NCBI GenBank assembly: GCA_964490075.1
Contig: CAZBBK010000034.1
Location: 1 to 61,806 of the forward strand
Direction: 5' to 3'
Length of the DNA: 61,806 nucleotides
Source of the DNA: an uncultured Gemmatimonadota bacterium
GTDB taxonomy: Bacteria; GCA-2686955
This document shows positions 58,978 to 61,806 of this stretch, one piece after another. A program made the translations under genes and the position numbers. Each line of letters begins with the position of its first letter. The first letter of the stretch is position 1. The notes under the pieces are model-generated. The model made no database searches and was not told where the DNA came from. It worked only from the letters and a program-made list of their open reading frames with translations.

Positions 58978-58992
58978 GCAACCGGCGTGCCA
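58978..58992 (-). promoter_or_regulatory. Sigma54 promoter of the RAYT gene
   Basis: Consensus TGGCAC-GCCGG-TTGC ending 13 nt before ATG 58964. Confidence 0.65.
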
Positions 58993-59012
58993 GACTCTCG
59001 GCGCGCTACCAC

Positions 59013-59615
59013 CTACCCTGGACAGCCCACCCCCGTGCCCCCCAGACCGCAGTAGCCGAGCGGGTTCTTCGCCAGGTACTGCTGGTGGCCGTCCTCGGCG
59101 AAGTAGAACTCCCCGGCCGCCTCGATCTCGGTGGTGATGGGGCCATGGCCCGCCTCGGAAAGCGCCTGCTGGTAGGCCCCCCGCGAGGCACGCGCGCGCT
59201 CGCACTGCCGCTCAGAGAGGTAGTAGATCGCGGAGCGGTACTGGGTGCCGCGGTCGTTGCCCTGGCGCATGCCTTGGGTCGGGTCGTGGTGCTCCCAGAA
59301 CAGGCGCAGCAGGGCGTCGAAGTCGGTCTGACGCGGATCGAAGACCACGCGCACCACCTCGGCATGACCGGTACGCCCCGAGCAGACCTCCTGGTAGCTG
59401 GGATTGAGCGTCGCCCCGCCGCTGTAGCCGACCGCGGTGCTGAACACGCCGGGTGCGCTCCAGAACACCCGCTCGGCGCCCCAGAAGCAGCCCATGGCGA
59501 AGATCGCGATCTCCATCCCCTCGAAGGGCCCCTGCATCGGCGTGCCCTTGACGTGGTGACGCGCGGCGACCGGCAGCGCTTCGCCGCGTCCGGGGAGGGG
59601 GTTTCCTGCCCGCAT
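59013..59615 (-). CDS. msrA: Peptide methionine sulfoxide reductase A
   Basis: [35 protein letters not shown]. Confidence 0.97.
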   Translation of the reverse strand: MRAGNPLPGRGEALPVAARHHVKGTPMQGPFEGMEIAIFAMGCFWGAERVFWSAPGVFSTAVGYSGGATLNPSYQEVCSGRTGHAEVVRVVFDPRQTDFDALLRLFWEHHDPTQGMRQGNDRGTQYRSAIYYLSERQCERARASRGAYQQALSEAGHGPITTEIEAAGEFYFAEDGHQQYLAKNPLGYCGLGGTGVGCPG

Positions 59616-61325
59616 CTACGCGCCCTTCCCCGCCTTCCGGACGATCTTGGCCCAGCTGTCCCGCAACGACACCGTGCGGTTGAAGATCGGCGCTCCGGGC
59701 CGGGAATCATCGCCGTCCACGCAGAAGTAGCCCTGGCGCTCGAACTGGCAACGATAGCCGGCCTCGGCGCCGGCCAGGCTCGGCTCCAGACGCGCGCCTT
59801 CGATGACTTCCACCGAGTCTGGGTTCAGGTGCGCCAAGAAACCGTCGCCATCGGCGCCCGGATCCGGGCAGGTGAAGAGCCGATCGTAGAGCCGAACCGT
59901 CGCTTCCAGGGACTCGGCCGCCGACACCCAGTGGATCGTCCCCTTGACCTTGCGCCCGTCGGGTGCATGGCCACCGCGCGTCTCGGGATCGTAGGTGCAA
60001 CGCAGCTCCACCACCTCGCCGCCGGCGTCTTTCACCACGTCGATACACTTGATGAAGTAGCCGTAGCGCAGGCGCACCTCGCGCCCGGGCCCGAGGCGGA
60101 AGTACTTCTTGGGCGGATCCTCCATGAAGTCGCTGCGCTCGATGAAGAGCTCGCGCGAGAAGGGGACCGGGCGCGTGCCGGCGCTGGCATCCTCGGGGTT
60201 GTTGATCGCCTCGAGCTGCTCGACGCGGTCTTCGGGGTAGTTCTCGATCACCACCCGCAAGGGACGCAGCACAGCGTTGCGGCGCGGCGCGTAGCGGTTC
60301 AGGTCCTCGCGCACGCAGAACTCCAGCTGCGCCATGTCGACCAGGCTGTTCTGCTTGCCCACGCCGATCATCTCGCAGAAGCTGCGAATCGCTCCGGGCG
60401 TGTAGCCACGGCGGCGCATCCCGGAAATCGTCGGCATGCGCGGATCGGTCCAGCCTTCCACGTGCCCCTCTTCGACCAGGCGCAGCAGCCTGCGCTTGCT
60501 CAGCACGGTGTGGCTCAGATTGAGGCGCGCGAACTCGATCTGTCGCGGGTGATGCACCCCGAGCTGGTCGAGGCACCAGTCGTAGAGCGGCCGGTGATCC
60601 TCGAACTCCAGCGTGCAGATGGAGTGGGTGATGCCCTCGATCGAATCGCTCTGGCCGTGCGCCCAATCGTAGGTGGGGTAGATACACCATTGTCGGCCGG
60701 TGCGATGGTGCTCGGCGTGCAGCACCCGATAGAGCACCGGGTCGCGCAGGTTCAGGTTGCCCGACGCCATGTCGATCTTGGCGCGCAGAGTGCGCGAGCC
60801 GTCGGCGAACTCGCCCCCCCGCATGCGCGCGAAAAGATCCAGGTTCTCTTCCGCGGAACGCCCCCGATCGGGGCTGTCGATTCCAGGCGCGGTCAGCGTG
60901 CCGCGGTGGGCACGGATTTCCTCGGCGCTCAGATCGCACACATAGGCGCTGCCCTTTTCGATCAGCCGCAGCGCCCAGTCGTGCAGCTGCTCGAAGTAGT
61001 CCGATGCGTAATAGAGACGATCCTGCCAGTCGACGCCCAGCCAACGCACGTCGCTCTCGATCGCCGCCACGTAATGCGCCTCTTCCTTGATCGGATTGGT
61101 GTCGTCGAAGCGCAGGTTGGCGAGGCCCTGGTGGGCCTCGGCCAGCGAGAAGTTGAGCAAGATCGACTTGGCGTGACCGATGTGCAGGAAGCCGTTGGGC
61201 TCGGGCGGAAAGCGGGTATGCACACGGCCGTCGAAGCGACCTGCGGCGCGGTCGCCGGCGACCGCCGTTTCGACGAAGTTGAGGGGAGCGCCGTCTTTGA
61301 GCGACGGGCCCTTCGCATCGACCAT
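59616..61325 (-). CDS. glnS: Glutaminyl-tRNA synthetase
   Basis: [36 protein letters not shown]. Confidence 0.98.
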   Translation of the reverse strand: MVDAKGPSLKDGAPLNFVETAVAGDRAAGRFDGRVHTRFPPEPNGFLHIGHAKSILLNFSLAEAHQGLANLRFDDTNPIKEEAHYVAAIESDVRWLGVDWQDRLYYASDYFEQLHDWALRLIEKGSAYVCDLSAEEIRAHRGTLTAPGIDSPDRGRSAEENLDLFARMRGGEFADGSRTLRAKIDMASGNLNLRDPVLYRVLHAEHHRTGRQWCIYPTYDWAHGQSDSIEGITHSICTLEFEDHRPLYDWCLDQLGVHHPRQIEFARLNLSHTVLSKRRLLRLVEEGHVEGWTDPRMPTISGMRRRGYTPGAIRSFCEMIGVGKQNSLVDMAQLEFCVREDLNRYAPRRNAVLRPLRVVIENYPEDRVEQLEAINNPEDASAGTRPVPFSRELFIERSDFMEDPPKKYFRLGPGREVRLRYGYFIKCIDVVKDAGGEVVELRCTYDPETRGGHAPDGRKVKGTIHWVSAAESLEATVRLYDRLFTCPDPGADGDGFLAHLNPDSVEVIEGARLEPSLAGAEAGYRCQFERQGYFCVDGDDSRPGAPIFNRTVSLRDSWAKIVRKAGKGA

Positions 61326-61419
61326 GATCGGGTCCTCGAGCGCCGGAGCGCGTGAAGAGTGGGGATCGGCAACGAGACCAGCCGGCGAGTATATGGTAGG
61401 ACGGCTCCGAAGCCGCGGA

Positions 61420-61806
61420 TCAAACGCCCGCCAGCCCCTCGTCCAGGGCCCGGATCAGATCCTCCTCTTCCTCGATTCCGACCGAGATACGGATCAGACC
61501 GTCGGTCATGCCGGCCTGCTCGCGTTTCTCTTTGGGGACGCAGGCGTGAGTCATCGAGGCCGGGTGCTGAATCAGCGAATCGACGCAGCCCAGAGAGACC
61601 GCAAGGGAGAAGATCTTGATGCGGTCCATCAGCTCGCGGCCCGCCTCCAACCCCCCGGCGATGTCGAAGGCGACCATCCCTCCGAACTGGCCGCTCATCT
61701 GTCGGGCGGCCAGCTCGCGCGCGGGACTGCTCTCCAGGCCGGGGTAGTAGATGTCATGCTCCCACAATTCCTGCCGCAAATCGGGCCAGAAATTCCGCAA
61801 GTAGAA
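61420..61806 (-). CDS. C-terminal part of a methionine gamma-lyase/cystathionine lyase family PLP enzyme
   Basis: [38 protein letters not shown]; cut by the window edge. Confidence 0.9.
   Translation of the reverse strand, partial: FYLRNFWPDLRQELWEHDIYYPGLESSPARELAARQMSGQFGGMVAFDIAGGLEAGRELMDRIKIFSLAVSLGCVDSLIQHPASMTHACVPKEKREQAGMTDGLIRISVGIEEEEDLIRALDEGLAGV

Noticed and set aside
58446-61355. 969-aa plus-strand ORF
   Set aside because: Antisense shadow of glnS, msrA and the RAYT gene, as expected in high-GC DNA
1-61806. rRNA, tRNA, CRISPR arrays
   Set aside because: None recognisable by eye; tRNAscan-SE or Infernal would be needed to exclude them

Overview
High-GC bacterial window from a diderm organism, judging by its TonB receptor, FadL channel and other beta-barrel genes; I cannot assign the taxon. 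1-9.3 kb holds a SufR-like regulator, tandem DEAD-box helicases (RhlE-like, apparently starting at ATT, and DeaD-like), a GH38-like glycosidase and an AAA_14/DUF4143 ATPase. 9.3-17.5 kb is a graveyard of internally deleted mobile and defence remnants (serine recombinase, phage-like gene, AbiE pair with broken toxin, OLD-like stub, IS21-like end, czcA stub, group II intron 3' end, collapsed DDE+ExeA transposon, IS1380 stub) surrounding an intact sigma54 two-component module. 18-35 kb encodes envelope and secreted functions: an Ig-domain cytochrome, a frameshifted heme-porin, an IF-1-like/methyltransferase fusion, CNT and NCS2 transporters, S8 and zincin proteases, a TonB receptor carrying an in-frame palindromic insertion, and FadL. 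36-44 kb is a nine-gene PspA/DUF4178/DUF350/SpeD/SpeE/K+-channel/DppA operon. The remainder has bfr-bfd, NfeD-SPFH, a UxxC selenoprotein missed by the ORF track, ABC-F, hydrolases, a RAYT-type transposase with a sigma54 promoter and large inverted repeat, msrA, glnS and a truncated Met/Cys PLP lyase. No rRNA, tRNA or CRISPR array was seen. Family assignments come from motif recognition by eye, not database searches.
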